Positions 49,654 to 60,639 are shown, counted from the stretch's first letter. The stretch: 64,000 nucleotides of DNA from Mycoplasmatota bacterium (GCA_022771205.1 JALFCF010000001.1:130663-194662), one strand, 5' to 3'. Notes: generated by a model not told the origin, from the letters alone. Translations and numbers: made by a program.

Positions 49654-50515
49654 TGAATGATGATACACTAAAATTAAATGTTTCAAGTACTTTTACTTTA
49701 GTAGATAATAATGAAGCCAATATTAATTTAAATTTAGCTCCACCAACAGTGACAACAGAAGGTACAGTTACTGGTACAGTTTACGACACCCATTATTAAC
49801 AGGAGCAGTTGTTCCAGGAGCAACAGTTAAAGTGTTTACAACAGATGGAACTTCATATGCTCATACTATTACAGATATCAATGGTCAATATACAATTAGT
49901 GATTTACCAATGGGAATTTATACTATTGCAGCTGTAAAAGATGGAAATTACTTATCCCAAGATTTACCATTAACTATTTCAAGTACTTTACCAGTGACAA
50001 TTGATTTAGTATTAACTAATAATGACACTATTACTAAAAATATAGTTTATGGTATTGTAGATGATAATCTAAATAACTCTCCAATTGATAATGTAACAGT
50101 CTCTTTATATCAAATTGTAGATGGAGAAAAAGTATTAGTTTCAACAACTACATCTATTGCCGACGGTGAATTTATATTAGATCAAATCGCTGATGGAACA
50201 TACTCATTATCTTTTTCTAAAGCAGGTTATCAAACAGTAGAAGTAAATAATGTTATATTAACTGGTAGTACTAAATTTGATACATCAACAACTCTAACTA
50301 GTACTATTGGTACAATCAACAGTACTGTATCAGGTTATATTAAAAATGAATTAGGTATTGCAGTAGCGAATGCTTATGTAGGACTATATCAAATTGTAGC
50401 TGGAAAAGAAACATTAGTAGCAGTAACTTATACAAATGCTGATGGTAAATATATGTTTGGTAATGTAGTAGAAGGTCAATATGTAGTAAAATCAAAGTTA
50501 TCTACAACACTTTAA
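49654..50515 (+). pseudogene. Protein with three CarboxypepD_reg/Cna-B-like Ig-fold repeats, split by a frameshift at a C3 tract (~49786-49788)
   Basis: ATG 49654 (RBS 'ggaggtg') reads ...GTVTGTVYDTHY*. Adding one C gives ...DTPLLTGAVVPGATVKVF..., continuous with the tracked ORF 49832..50515. Confidence 0.45.
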
Positions 50516-50798
50516 AATGTAAACGTTTTAAGGGACAAAGTTTAAAATTTTCTGTTTCCTTTGAACAAAAAATAGAAATAAATCTAATTATTTATTACAT
50601 TCCTACTAATATATGTATATGTCATAGGCTTTTAAAGTGTTACATTAACGGAAATATTTTAAAAATATATCGTTATAAAAACTATGGTATTGTTATATTA
50701 GAAACAAAAACTAAAAGAATTATAGAAGTTTATAAATGTTTATAACAAAAGTTATGAACATTTTTATATTAATGATATAATAACTTTAGGTGATGTAT

Positions 50799-51212
50799 AT
50801 GAAAATGAACGTTATTATTGTATATAATAACCAAGAAGATAAAATACTAATGTGTTTACGAAAAAAAGATCCATATAAAGGACTTTTCAATTTAGTAGGT
50901 GGAAAAGTAGAACCAGGAGAAAGTGGTCTTGATAGTGCTTATAGAGAACTAGAAGAAGAAACTGGAATTAGAAAAGAAGATATTATTTTAACTAATTTAA
51001 TGAATTTTGAATATAAAATGAGCAGTTTACAGTTACAAGTATATGTTGGTAAATTAAATAAACAAATAGAAGTAGTAGAAGAAGTAAACAAACTATATTG
51101 GATTGATGTTACTGAAAACTTCTTTGATATGACAAAATATGCTGGTGAAGGTAATATTGGCCATATGTTAGAACAAGTAAAATTATATAAAGATATACTA
51201 TTAAAGAATTAA
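50799..51212 (+). CDS. NUDIX hydrolase (MutT-like)
   Basis: Nudix box 'GGKVEPGESGLDSAYRELEEETGI'. Confidence 0.7.
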   Translation: MKMNVIIVYNNQEDKILMCLRKKDPYKGLFNLVGGKVEPGESGLDSAYRELEEETGIRKEDIILTNLMNFEYKMSSLQLQVYVGKLNKQIEVVEEVNKLYWIDVTENFFDMTKYAGEGNIGHMLEQVKLYKDILLKN

Positions 51213-51270
51213 TGTTATAGATTGTGTGAATATATAAATAAATATGAGATAATAAGGCAGGTGTTAAAAT

Positions 51271-52110
51271 TTGACTCAAGCTGCAATGAAATTTACGGAC
51301 TTAGTAAAAAAAGGGTATAGTATCGAAGAAATTCTAAAAATTGATGGAAAAATAGCAGAAGAATATGCGATTAAATATTTAACTGAAAATTTTCAAGACC
51401 CTGATGTAAAGAGATTTCTTACCTCTTATTATGATCAGTATCGAGTTGATAGTGATAAAGCAATAATTATTTCAGATACTCATTTAGGTGGCATTTATGG
51501 TAATTATGATTTAGTATATGGTGTATATGATTTTGCGTTAAAAAATGGTATAAAATATATTCTTCATGCAGGAGATATAATTGAAGGATACGCAAACTAT
51601 AGTATACAAAGTCCTAATGTTTATGAACAAGTACAACAGTTACAAGAAAAGTATCCAAAAACAGATGAAATCAAAACATATTATATTTTAGGAAATCATG
51701 ATTATATGAATATAGTATCTAATCAGAAAAATGTAATTTATGCTCCGCATCTAGTAAAAGATACAGCTAATAGCATTAATGGTTTAACATATGCTGGAGT
51801 ATTAAAAACATATATAAATTTTAATGATGAACATCGTGTAATATTAAAACATGAGGATGCTTGGGGATTAAGACTTCCTGATTTAGAACCTGACTTAATC
51901 CTAAAAGGACATAGTCATTGGTATCAATTTCAAGAACAAAGTAGATTGGTTAGTTTACCAGCACTAAAGAACAGAGATTATAGTAAAGCTGAAAATATTG
52001 GCTTTGTAGTCCTATCACTATTAGATAATTGTTATGAAATTAAAACATATACATTAGACAATAACTACTATTCAAATACAGATACTAAAAGATTGGTATA
52101 TAAAAGATAA
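51271..52110 (+). CDS. Calcineurin-like metallophosphoesterase
   Basis: 'ISDTHLG', 'GDIIEG', 'GNHD' motifs. Confidence 0.7.
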   Translation: MTQAAMKFTDLVKKGYSIEEILKIDGKIAEEYAIKYLTENFQDPDVKRFLTSYYDQYRVDSDKAIIISDTHLGGIYGNYDLVYGVYDFALKNGIKYILHAGDIIEGYANYSIQSPNVYEQVQQLQEKYPKTDEIKTYYILGNHDYMNIVSNQKNVIYAPHLVKDTANSINGLTYAGVLKTYINFNDEHRVILKHEDAWGLRLPDLEPDLILKGHSHWYQFQEQSRLVSLPALKNRDYSKAENIGFVVLSLLDNCYEIKTYTLDNNYYSNTDTKRLVYKR

Positions 52111-52171
52111 ATAAATAACTAATATAAAACTTGAAAAAGAAAAAGATTTTATAGAACAAATTAGCCAACTA

Positions 52172-52204
52172 AAAAGTCACTAATAATTATTTAGTGACTT
52201 TTTA
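52172..52204 (+). terminator. Rho-independent terminator (aaaagtcactaa ... ttagtgactttt + T)
   Basis: Seen in sequence. Confidence 0.55.
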
Positions 52205-52305
52205 TATATTGTAAATGTATAAGTTAAGAAAATTGTCAACTAACCATTTAATATAACTCCCATAACTAATAAAAGTGCTATAATATTAAAGAAGGATATG
52301 GTTAT

Positions 52306-54918
52306 ATGAAAATAAAAAATATCAAAAAACAAGTAAAAACATTTTCTGATAAAGAGCTATTAAAAACATATGAAGGTTTTTCTAATCTATCATCAGAAGA
52401 ATTATTAAAGAAATTAAAGTCTAATATAAATGGTTTAACAGAGGAAGAAGCAGTAAATCGTTTAAAAAGATATGGTCATAATGTCATAAAAACAGAAAAA
52501 GTAAAGAAATGGTATCATTTCTTATTAGAGTCTTGCAAGGATCCGTTTATTTATATATTAACTGTTCTAGCAATCATTGACCTATGTTTAGGAGACCCTT
52601 TAGGTGCATTTATTATTCTTGCTTTAGCAGTTATTAGTATTACAATTAGATTAGTACAAGATAGATCTGCCTATCAATTTGATCAAAAATTAAAAGGGAA
52701 AATTTATACTAGTGCCAATGTTTTAAGAAATAAAGAGACAAAAGAAATAAAGACAAAAAATGTAGTAGTAGGAGATATTGTAGAATTAAATGCTGGAAGT
52801 ATGATACCAGCTGATTTATTACTATTAGAAGCTAATGATTTATTTATTAACCAATCAGTCTTTACGGGAGAAAGTGTACCAGTAGAAAAGAAATGTTCTT
52901 TTGAAAAAAGTGCTAATATATTAACAATGCCCAATATATGTTTAATGAATTCTAGTGTTGTTAGTGGTAGTGCAACAGGAATAGTAATTGCGACAGGAAA
53001 AGATACTTATATTGGTAAAATGTCTGCAGATATGGAACAGGAAGCACCACTTTCTAATTTTCAAATAGGCATGAATTCTGTTAGTAAAACATTGATAACT
53101 TATATGGTTGTAATTACTATAGCTGTTTTTATATTAAATTCTATACTTCATCATAACTTAATGGATGCTTTTTTATTTGCTATATCTGTTGCAGTTGGAA
53201 TTACTCCTGGAATGTTACCAATGATAGTAAATGTAAACTTATCCAAAGGAACAAAATCATTAGCCAAGAAAAAAACCTTAGTAAAACATATGGAAGCAAT
53301 AGAAAATTTAGGTGCTATAGATATTTTATGTACCGATAAAACAGGAACATTAACTAAAAACCAAATAACATTACAATATTATAGAAATGTTTCTGGTGAA
53401 GAAGATGAAATGATTTTAAAATATGCCTATCTAAATAGTTATTATAGTACTGGAATTAAAAATATTGTTGATAGAGCAATATTATCTTATGCAACAACTC
53501 ATGATATTCCCAATAAAGTAAAACACTATAAAAAGATAGATGAAATTCCATTTGATTATAATCGTCGTATGGCTAGTGTTGTTGTTAAAAATGAAGAAAA
53601 TATTAGAATTCTAACAAAAGGAGCCATTACTGAGATATTAAATAAATGTACAACAGTAAAATATAAAAATAAAATAACTGACTTAACCGATGAAATAAAA
53701 AATAAAGTAAAAGGTGATGTAGAAGAATTAGTATCTAAGGGAATGCAAGTTATAGCTTTAGCGGCAAAAAGAGAATATAGAGGTCAAAATAAGTTTAATA
53801 TAGAAGATGAAAATGAATTAACTTTATTAGGTTATATTGCTTTTTTAGATCCTCCAAAACAAGAAGTAAAAACAATTCTAAAGAAATTAAAAGAAGTAGG
53901 GGTAACTACTAAAATTTTAACTGGAGATAATCCTAATGCCACAAAGGCAATTTGTCTAGAAGGTGGAATTAATACTGATGAGATTTTAGTAGGAGAAGAT
54001 ATAGATAAACTAACCGATGAAGAGTTATCTAAGAAAGTAGAAAAAGTAGATGTGTTTGCTAGACTAACTCCAATTCAAAAAGAAAGAATTGTATTAACAC
54101 TAAAGAAAAATAATCATGTCGTTGGTTATATGGGCGATGGCGTTAATGATGCTCCATCATTATCAGAAGCTGATGTTGGTATTAGTGTTAACAATGCCAC
54201 TGATATTGCTAAAGAAGCAAGTGATATTCTATTATTAGAAAAAAGTTTAAAAGTAATTTATGATGGTGTTTTAGAAGGTAGAAAAGTTTATGGAAACATT
54301 ATGAAATATATGAAGATGGCTCTATCTGCATCTTTTGGAGATGTATTTAGTGTTTTTCTAGCTAGTATTTGCCTACCATTCTTACCAATGATTCCAATTC
54401 AATTTTTACTACAAGACTTACTTTATGATTTATCACAAATAGCAATACCTTTTGATGATGTAGATCAAGAATTTTTACAAAAACCACACAAATGGGATAC
54501 CAGTGATTTAAAATCATTCATGAATGTGATGGGTGTAACAGCATCAGTAATAGATTTAATTGCCTTTATGATTTTCTGGTTTATCTTGGGATTCAATGAT
54601 ATTGCTAATCAAACATCTTTCCAAACAGCTTGGTTTATTGAAGGAGTAATATCTCAAACAATGATTGTTCACTTTATTAGAACAGAAAAAATTCCCTTTA
54701 TTGAATCAACTGCCAACAAATGGCTATTATTATCAACAACATTATGTATTATTACTTCTATGATATTACCAATTATATTTATAAATATTCCAGAATTTCA
54801 CTTTACAACCTTACCATTATCATTCTATATATATGTTATTATACTAATGATTTTATATGTAATATTAACAGAAATAGTAAAAAGATTTTATATTAAAAAA
54901 CACCATCGTTGGCTATAA
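52306..54918 (+). CDS. mgtA: Magnesium-importing P-type ATPase
   Basis: 'ICTDKTGTLT' phosphorylation motif, 'GDGVNDAPSL', 870 aa, MgtA-like N-terminus. Confidence 0.8.
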   Translation: MKIKNIKKQVKTFSDKELLKTYEGFSNLSSEELLKKLKSNINGLTEEEAVNRLKRYGHNVIKTEKVKKWYHFLLESCKDPFIYILTVLAIIDLCLGDPLGAFIILALAVISITIRLVQDRSAYQFDQKLKGKIYTSANVLRNKETKEIKTKNVVVGDIVELNAGSMIPADLLLLEANDLFINQSVFTGESVPVEKKCSFEKSANILTMPNICLMNSSVVSGSATGIVIATGKDTYIGKMSADMEQEAPLSNFQIGMNSVSKTLITYMVVITIAVFILNSILHHNLMDAFLFAISVAVGITPGMLPMIVNVNLSKGTKSLAKKKTLVKHMEAIENLGAIDILCTDKTGTLTKNQITLQYYRNVSGEEDEMILKYAYLNSYYSTGIKNIVDRAILSYATTHDIPNKVKHYKKIDEIPFDYNRRMASVVVKNEENIRILTKGAITEILNKCTTVKYKNKITDLTDEIKNKVKGDVEELVSKGMQVIALAAKREYRGQNKFNIEDENELTLLGYIAFLDPPKQEVKTILKKLKEVGVTTKILTGDNPNATKAICLEGGINTDEILVGEDIDKLTDEELSKKVEKVDVFARLTPIQKERIVLTLKKNNHVVGYMGDGVNDAPSLSEADVGISVNNATDIAKEASDILLLEKSLKVIYDGVLEGRKVYGNIMKYMKMALSASFGDVFSVFLASICLPFLPMIPIQFLLQDLLYDLSQIAIPFDDVDQEFLQKPHKWDTSDLKSFMNVMGVTASVIDLIAFMIFWFILGFNDIANQTSFQTAWFIEGVISQTMIVHFIRTEKIPFIESTANKWLLLSTTLCIITSMILPIIFINIPEFHFTTLPLSFYIYVIILMILYVILTEIVKRFYIKKHHRWL

Positions 54919-55002
54919 TTTATAAAAAAGTAAAACAAGTTCATAGAACTTGCTTTTTATATTATGTTATAATATTTTATATAGCAATAAGGAAATGATT
55001 TT

Positions 55003-56154
55003 ATGGAACAAACAAAAACAGAACTTCATACTCATTTAATGGGAATATTACCTGCAGAAAAATTTTTAGGTTTTTTATCACAATACACAGATTGTATTTA
55101 CTGGCCAATAGATGGACCTATTTCTAATGCATCTCAAACAATTCCAATAGCTTCTGCATTATATGATAAAGAAGTATTAGACAGCTTACGTATTCAACAT
55201 GGAACACAAGTTGATTATCTTGCTTTAAATAATATGTATGCAACTAGAACAGAACTATTGAAATTAGCAGTACATAAGGTAACAACAACTATAAGTGAGA
55301 AATTAGCAGATGAACATCTAGATATAGCAGAAGATAAAAAGAAAAAGATTATTCAACAACAAGCAGAACAAGGAGTATATAATAATTATATTAATTGTTG
55401 TTTAGAAGAATTAGTATCTCAAGGTGTAAAATATGTAGAAATCAGTTATTCTAATTTTAAGAAGACTTTAGGATACAGTATCAGAGAAGACTTAAAAGAT
55501 AAAATAACTTGTAAGTTTTTATTATCAACAGATCGTTCTAGGTCAACCAGAACTTTAAAACAACAAGTAAAAGATTTAAGAAAAGCCATGGATAGTGGTT
55601 ATTTCGTAGGAGTAGACATCATGGGATTGGAAGTTCCATTTAGCGAAGCAGACTTAGATTATAATAACTCTAGAAGTTTTCAAAAGAAACTAGAAATACT
55701 ATTTGATGAACTACGTCAACATGATAATACAACATTAAGGATTCATTCGGGAGAAGTTCCAAATACTAATAATACCATAATTACTTTACAAATGATAAAT
55801 CAAATAGCTGAAACTAAAGGAATTGTTATCCCACCACCTGAAATTAGAATTGGACATGGTATACATTTTACTCCAAGCAAAGAGTATCTAAATTTATTAA
55901 AAAAATTTCAATGTGTGGTAGAAATTAATGCTTCTTCCAACTTTGGTTTAAAAAACATCCAAGATTATCAAGATATTCCCTATAATTATTATTTAGAAAA
56001 TGAAATTCCAATCGTATTAACAACAGATGGACATGGTATGTACGATACTACTATTAAACAAGAAAATGAAATTGCTAAAAGACATACAACACCAGAACAA
56101 TATGAAACAATATTGAAAATAGATGATGACATATTAGAAAGGAAGGTAAAATAG
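55003..56154 (+). CDS. Adenosine/AMP-deaminase-family amidohydrolase
   Basis: N-terminal 'ELHTHLMG' metal-binding motif and C-terminal 'LTTDGHGMYD'. Confidence 0.55.
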   Translation: MEQTKTELHTHLMGILPAEKFLGFLSQYTDCIYWPIDGPISNASQTIPIASALYDKEVLDSLRIQHGTQVDYLALNNMYATRTELLKLAVHKVTTTISEKLADEHLDIAEDKKKKIIQQQAEQGVYNNYINCCLEELVSQGVKYVEISYSNFKKTLGYSIREDLKDKITCKFLLSTDRSRSTRTLKQQVKDLRKAMDSGYFVGVDIMGLEVPFSEADLDYNNSRSFQKKLEILFDELRQHDNTTLRIHSGEVPNTNNTIITLQMINQIAETKGIVIPPPEIRIGHGIHFTPSKEYLNLLKKFQCVVEINASSNFGLKNIQDYQDIPYNYYLENEIPIVLTTDGHGMYDTTIKQENEIAKRHTTPEQYETILKIDDDILERKVK

Positions 56155-56772
56155 ATGGCAACAGTAAACTTTGAAAAAAATAAAAAAGAAGCTTTAAAAA
56201 ATCTAATTTCTGATAAGACAGACAATAGAAGACATATTAATACCATCATAAATGGTAAAAGTATAGATACCAATACTAATTTATCTTTGGAGTATATAAC
56301 TCTCTATGGAGCATTTGTATATGATGTAGGAGAAAGTTTTCCAGTAGTAAAATATGATCGATTTAGAAATATGTTTTTAGATTTAAGAGAAGCTTTAGAA
56401 TTACATATGGAAACTAAAGAATATGATAAAAAAACCTTAAAGAGAATAATGGTTCATTTAGGTCTAGAATTAGGAACTGATATTAGGTTTACAGATGAGC
56501 TTCAACAGATGCTATCAGAAAACCTATTAGAAAAAGATTATTCAGATTTACAAGAGAATTTTACTTTTGAAACTTTATATGAACAATATAAACCAAAGGA
56601 ATATTCAAACAAAAAAAGAACTGGATTGAATGTTGAAGATTTATATAAATTATACGAACAAAAACTAGAAAATGACAATTTGAAATCATCAGTAGGATAT
56701 CCTAAAAAACTTGTAGTAGGTGAAGAATATCAATCTGATGAAGCACCACAAACAAGAGGGCGAAAAAAATAA
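56155..56772 (+). CDS. Hypothetical protein (start abuts the deaminase stop)
   Basis: ORF with RBS 'aggaaggt'. Confidence 0.35.
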   Translation: MATVNFEKNKKEALKNLISDKTDNRRHINTIINGKSIDTNTNLSLEYITLYGAFVYDVGESFPVVKYDRFRNMFLDLREALELHMETKEYDKKTLKRIMVHLGLELGTDIRFTDELQQMLSENLLEKDYSDLQENFTFETLYEQYKPKEYSNKKRTGLNVEDLYKLYEQKLENDNLKSSVGYPKKLVVGEEYQSDEAPQTRGRKK

Positions 56773-56783
56773 GAGGTAATTAT

Positions 56784-57173
56784 ATGAAGATAATAGAAGA
56801 TTTAAAAAATAATATATCAAATGAAAACGAAAAACTAGTATTTGAACTAGCTAACATCATAATAGACAATAAAATAACTACACTAGATGAATTAAAAAAA
56901 CTAGAAGATAGCTTTTTTACCTATAATGGAAAAGTATTATCAGACGAAGAAAGAATAAATTATTGTATGGAAATGATTAAATATTCTAGTGATGATTATG
57001 ATTTATTAACCTTTGAAGAGATACAAGAGTATAAGAAATTAAAAAATCAATTATACAATTCTATTGCAGACTCAAACAAACAAAAAATAAGAACTCTAAT
57101 AATGATATTTAGTATGACTAAACGAGATATGATGTTTTTAATAGAAACTTATAATTGGATAACATATAATTAG
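56784..57173 (+). CDS. Hypothetical protein
   Basis: ORF with RBS 'agaggt'. Confidence 0.35.
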   Translation: MKIIEDLKNNISNENEKLVFELANIIIDNKITTLDELKKLEDSFFTYNGKVLSDEERINYCMEMIKYSSDDYDLLTFEEIQEYKKLKNQLYNSIADSNKQKIRTLIMIFSMTKRDMMFLIETYNWITYN

Positions 57174-57194
57174 GAAAAAGAAAAAGGAATGTTT

Positions 57195-57662
57195 TCACAT
57201 TCCGTATGTATCCTCGCCAAAAAACTCTTCTGCATACTCATAATTTTCATTAGGATGAAATTCTAACTCACACATATCAATATATCCAACAACGTGTTCT
57301 GGATAAATAATTCCTTGATAAAAAACGCCATTGACAGATTGACCGAAACCATCAACAATCTGTCCATTATTTTCTTTATCTGCTGCTAATATAACCATAG
57401 CAGATACATCTCGTATATTATTAGGACTAGCTTCAGATTGTATATAATCAATAAACTGTTGACTACTAGTTACCATTTCTTCAGTAATAGGTGATGCAGT
57501 AGTAAATAAAATATTATTAGTATCAATGATATTAGTTCCATCTACTAATAATCCTTGTTGCATAATTGTCTGGGCATTACCTTTAGAAGTCTCATGATAA
57601 AAATAATCAAAATTGTCAAAATCAAAAATATCTTGTATATTATCTAAACTCATTATAATCAC
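57195..57662 (-). CDS. Hypothetical protein
   Basis: ORF, convergent with the three-gene unit upstream. Confidence 0.35.
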   Translation of the reverse strand: MIIMSLDNIQDIFDFDNFDYFYHETSKGNAQTIMQQGLLVDGTNIIDTNNILFTTASPITEEMVTSSQQFIDYIQSEASPNNIRDVSAMVILAADKENNGQIVDGFGQSVNGVFYQGIIYPEHVVGYIDMCELEFHPNENYEYAEEFFGEDTYGM

Positions 57663-57772
57663 CTTTATTTGTCATTAGTAATAAATTTATTATAGCATAC
57701 TAAAAGAAAAAGATATATATTATAAAAATATATAACACCAAAGAAATAGTTTATGATATACTATAAATATGA

Positions 57773-57892
57773 AACCTTATAAAGAGTAGTGGAGGGACTG
57801 GCCCAGTGATACTACAGCAACCTATTAAATTAGGTGCTAAAGCCTGCATGATAAGGAGCTAGAAAACAGGTTTCAACCTGTTTTTTTCTTTC
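57773..57892 (+). promoter_or_regulatory. S-box: SAM-I (S-box) riboswitch with terminator (aaacagg-tttcaa-cctgttt + T7)
   Basis: 'CUUAUAAAGAGUAGUGGAGGGACUGGCCCAGUGAUACUACAGCAACC...GGUGCUAAAGCCUGCAUGAUAAGG' matches the SAM-I consensus. Upstream of metK. Confidence 0.8.
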
Positions 57893-57917
57893 TTTGGTTT
57901 CATAGAAGGAGGAAAAA

Positions 57918-58940
57918 ATGAAATTATATTCAAATGAAATTGTCTTTCGAGGACATCCAGACAAAGTCTGTGACCAAATTAGTGATGCATTATTAGATGC
58001 TTATTTAAAAGAAGATGAACATTCTAGATGTGCAATCGAAGTAATGGGAGGAAAGGGTAAAATATTTATTACTGGCGAAGTAACATCTACTGCAAAAGTA
58101 GATATCTCTAATGTAGTAAATAGAGTATTAAAAGATATTGGATATCAGGAAAACTATGAAATTATCAATAATTTAGGAGAGCAAAGCAGAGATATTGCTT
58201 TGGGAACAAACGATGAAGTTGGAGGAGCAGGAGACCAAGGAATGATGTTTGGTTATGCTTGCAATGATACAGAAGAACTTTTACCAACTGCAATGGTCAT
58301 ATTACAAAAATTAAGCAAATGGTATGATGAAGAACAAAGCAAAAATATTCATCTTTATCCAGATGGAAAAGCTCAAATTACAGGTTATTATGATGAAAAA
58401 ATGAAATTGCAGAAAATAAAATATTTTACAATCTCTTATCAAAATGATGAACAAAATAGACAAGAAACAGACAAGTTAATCAAAGATAAATGTCGTGAAA
58501 TTTGCCATAATTATAATATCGAGATAGAAGAATTTTTAATCAACCCAACTGGAAAATTTTTAATAGGTGGATTTGATGGAGATGCTGGACTTACTGGTAG
58601 AAAAATAGTGGTAGACAGTTACCAATCATTTGCAAAAGTTGGTGGAGGAGCATTTAGTGGCAAAGATCCATCTAAAGTAGATAGAAGTGCAGCATATAAA
58701 GCAAGAGAACTAGCAAAACGTTATTTAAAAAAATATAATCTAGAATGGTGTACTGTCCAATTAAGTTATGCGATAGGCATCACTCATCCTCTAGCAATCT
58801 ACATTGACAGCGACAAAGGAAATATTGAAGTAGAAAACTCTCTTTATGAAGAATGTACTCCTAAAAATATAATAAAAGACTTAAATTTATATCATACCTG
58901 TTATGAAGAAAAAGCAAGATTTGGTCATTTTACAAATTAA
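57918..58940 (+). CDS. metK: S-adenosylmethionine synthetase
   Basis: 'GHPDKVCDQISDA', 'GGGAFSGKDPSKVDRSAAY'. At 340 aa it is shorter than typical MetK. Confidence 0.8.
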   Translation: MKLYSNEIVFRGHPDKVCDQISDALLDAYLKEDEHSRCAIEVMGGKGKIFITGEVTSTAKVDISNVVNRVLKDIGYQENYEIINNLGEQSRDIALGTNDEVGGAGDQGMMFGYACNDTEELLPTAMVILQKLSKWYDEEQSKNIHLYPDGKAQITGYYDEKMKLQKIKYFTISYQNDEQNRQETDKLIKDKCREICHNYNIEIEEFLINPTGKFLIGGFDGDAGLTGRKIVVDSYQSFAKVGGGAFSGKDPSKVDRSAAYKARELAKRYLKKYNLEWCTVQLSYAIGITHPLAIYIDSDKGNIEVENSLYEECTPKNIIKDLNLYHTCYEEKARFGHFTN

Positions 58941-59005
58941 ACAGTTCCAAGAACTGTTTTTTCTATTTATTTTTGCTATAATAAAATATATAAGAAGTAA
59001 ATAAT

Positions 59006-59488
59006 ATGCAAATTAATTATTCAGATCAACCTGTAATTACAGGTAAAAAATCAATCTTTTTAGCAGGTCCAACCCCAAGGGGAGAAAATCAAATATCTTG
59101 GCGAAAAGAAGCCTGTACAATTTTAGAAAAATTAAGTTTTGATGGAGTTGTTTATGTACCAGAATATTCTACATGGCATCCAAAAGAAGATTATACTGAT
59201 CAAGCAATGTGGGAACGACTTGCTTTAACAGAAGCAACCATAATATGCTTTTGGGTACCAAGAACCTTACCAGATATGGCAGGCTTTACTACCAATGTAG
59301 AATTTGGCTACTGGCTTCCTACTAAGAAAGTAATATATGGTAGACCAGACTATGCCAAGAAAATAAAATACTTAGATTGGTTATATGAATTAGATTATAA
59401 TAAAAAACCAATCAATGATTTAGAAAAATTATTGACAGAAACAATCAAAATGGTAGGAGAAAAAGAAGATAATGAAAGTAAAAAATAA
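59006..59488 (+). CDS. Nucleoside 2-deoxyribosyltransferase-superfamily protein (NDT/DNPH1-like)
   Basis: 'SIFLAGP' N-terminus and 'TNVEFGYW' catalytic-Glu region typical of the fold. Confidence 0.5.
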   Translation: MQINYSDQPVITGKKSIFLAGPTPRGENQISWRKEACTILEKLSFDGVVYVPEYSTWHPKEDYTDQAMWERLALTEATIICFWVPRTLPDMAGFTTNVEFGYWLPTKKVIYGRPDYAKKIKYLDWLYELDYNKKPINDLEKLLTETIKMVGEKEDNESKK

Positions 59489-60581
59489 TTATAATGAATG
59501 TATTACTAATTTTGCCTGTTCTATAGAAAAGTATTTTGGTTTAACTCCAAAACATAAAACTTTACCATATATAGATAAATTATTAGAAGAAAAGAAACCA
59601 GAAAATGTAGTAGTCATTTTATTTGATGGACTAGGATCTAGAATATTAGATAGAACACTAGAAGAAGATAGCTTTTTAAGAAAGCATAAATTAAAAGAAA
59701 TAACTACTGTTTTTCCAGCAACCACAACAGCCGCAACAACAGCTATGCAGACTGGACTAAATCCAAGTGAACATGGTTATCTAGGATGGAACGTCTATAT
59801 TTCATCAATTGATAAAGTAATAACTCTTTACTTAGAAAGTGAAAAAGGAAAAATTACTAAAGATGAAGATTTTCTAAAAATAAAAGATAAATTTTATAAA
59901 TTTAAATCAATACCAGAACAAATAGAAGAACAAGGATTAGGACAAGGAATAGAGTTATATCCTTTTCAAAAGACAATTTATAATGGACTAGATGATATGC
60001 TAGAACAAATTTATAATTGTACTAAAGAAAAAGGTAAAAAATATATTTATGCCTATGATACAGAACCAGATCATACTATGCATGATTATGGCCCTGACAG
60101 TATAGAAGCAAAAAGATTAATTGAAGAAAGAAATACTAAAATAGAAGAGTTATGTAAAAACTTAAAAAATACAATTTTATTTATTGTAGCAGACCATGGT
60201 CATAAAAAAGTAGAACACATTTTTTTAAATCAATATAAAGATTTACTAGACACTTTAAAAACAACAACTTCTATAGAACAACGAGCAACATCTTTTCATA
60301 TCAAAGAAGGAAAAAAAGAAGAGTTTAAAAGGTTATTTGATAAATATTTTGGTAAATATTTTAAATTATATACTAAAGAAGAAATAATAAATGACAATTT
60401 ATTTGGTCCAGGAGAGTATCATTCACTATTTACAGATAATTTAGGTGATTTTCTAGCAATAGCTGAAGATTCTAATAAATGTTTTATAACAGATGGTGAT
60501 GATGTTTTGGTATCACAACATGCTGGATATACAGATGATGAAATATATATACCATTAATTGTAATTGATAAAACTTGTTGA
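59472..60581 (+). CDS. Alkaline-phosphatase-superfamily protein (type I phosphodiesterase/nucleotide pyrophosphatase-like)
   Basis: 'VVILFDGLGS', a Thr-rich putative nucleophile segment, and C-terminal 'VADHGH'. Overlaps the NDT-like gene by 17 nt. Confidence 0.45.
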   Translation: MKVKNNYNECITNFACSIEKYFGLTPKHKTLPYIDKLLEEKKPENVVVILFDGLGSRILDRTLEEDSFLRKHKLKEITTVFPATTTAATTAMQTGLNPSEHGYLGWNVYISSIDKVITLYLESEKGKITKDEDFLKIKDKFYKFKSIPEQIEEQGLGQGIELYPFQKTIYNGLDDMLEQIYNCTKEKGKKYIYAYDTEPDHTMHDYGPDSIEAKRLIEERNTKIEELCKNLKNTILFIVADHGHKKVEHIFLNQYKDLLDTLKTTTSIEQRATSFHIKEGKKEEFKRLFDKYFGKYFKLYTKEEIINDNLFGPGEYHSLFTDNLGDFLAIAEDSNKCFITDGDDVLVSQHAGYTDDEIYIPLIVIDKTC

Positions 60582-60639
60582 CATAAAAAGAAAAGAGTGT
60601 TATCATGAAGCCAGTCAAACAAAGAAAGGAGTGGAAAAT

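Noticed and set aside
52111-52305. Expected an M-box (Mg2+) riboswitch upstream of mgtA
   Set aside because: Only a terminator for the upstream gene and a short AT-rich leader are present. No M-box-like conserved core is visible.
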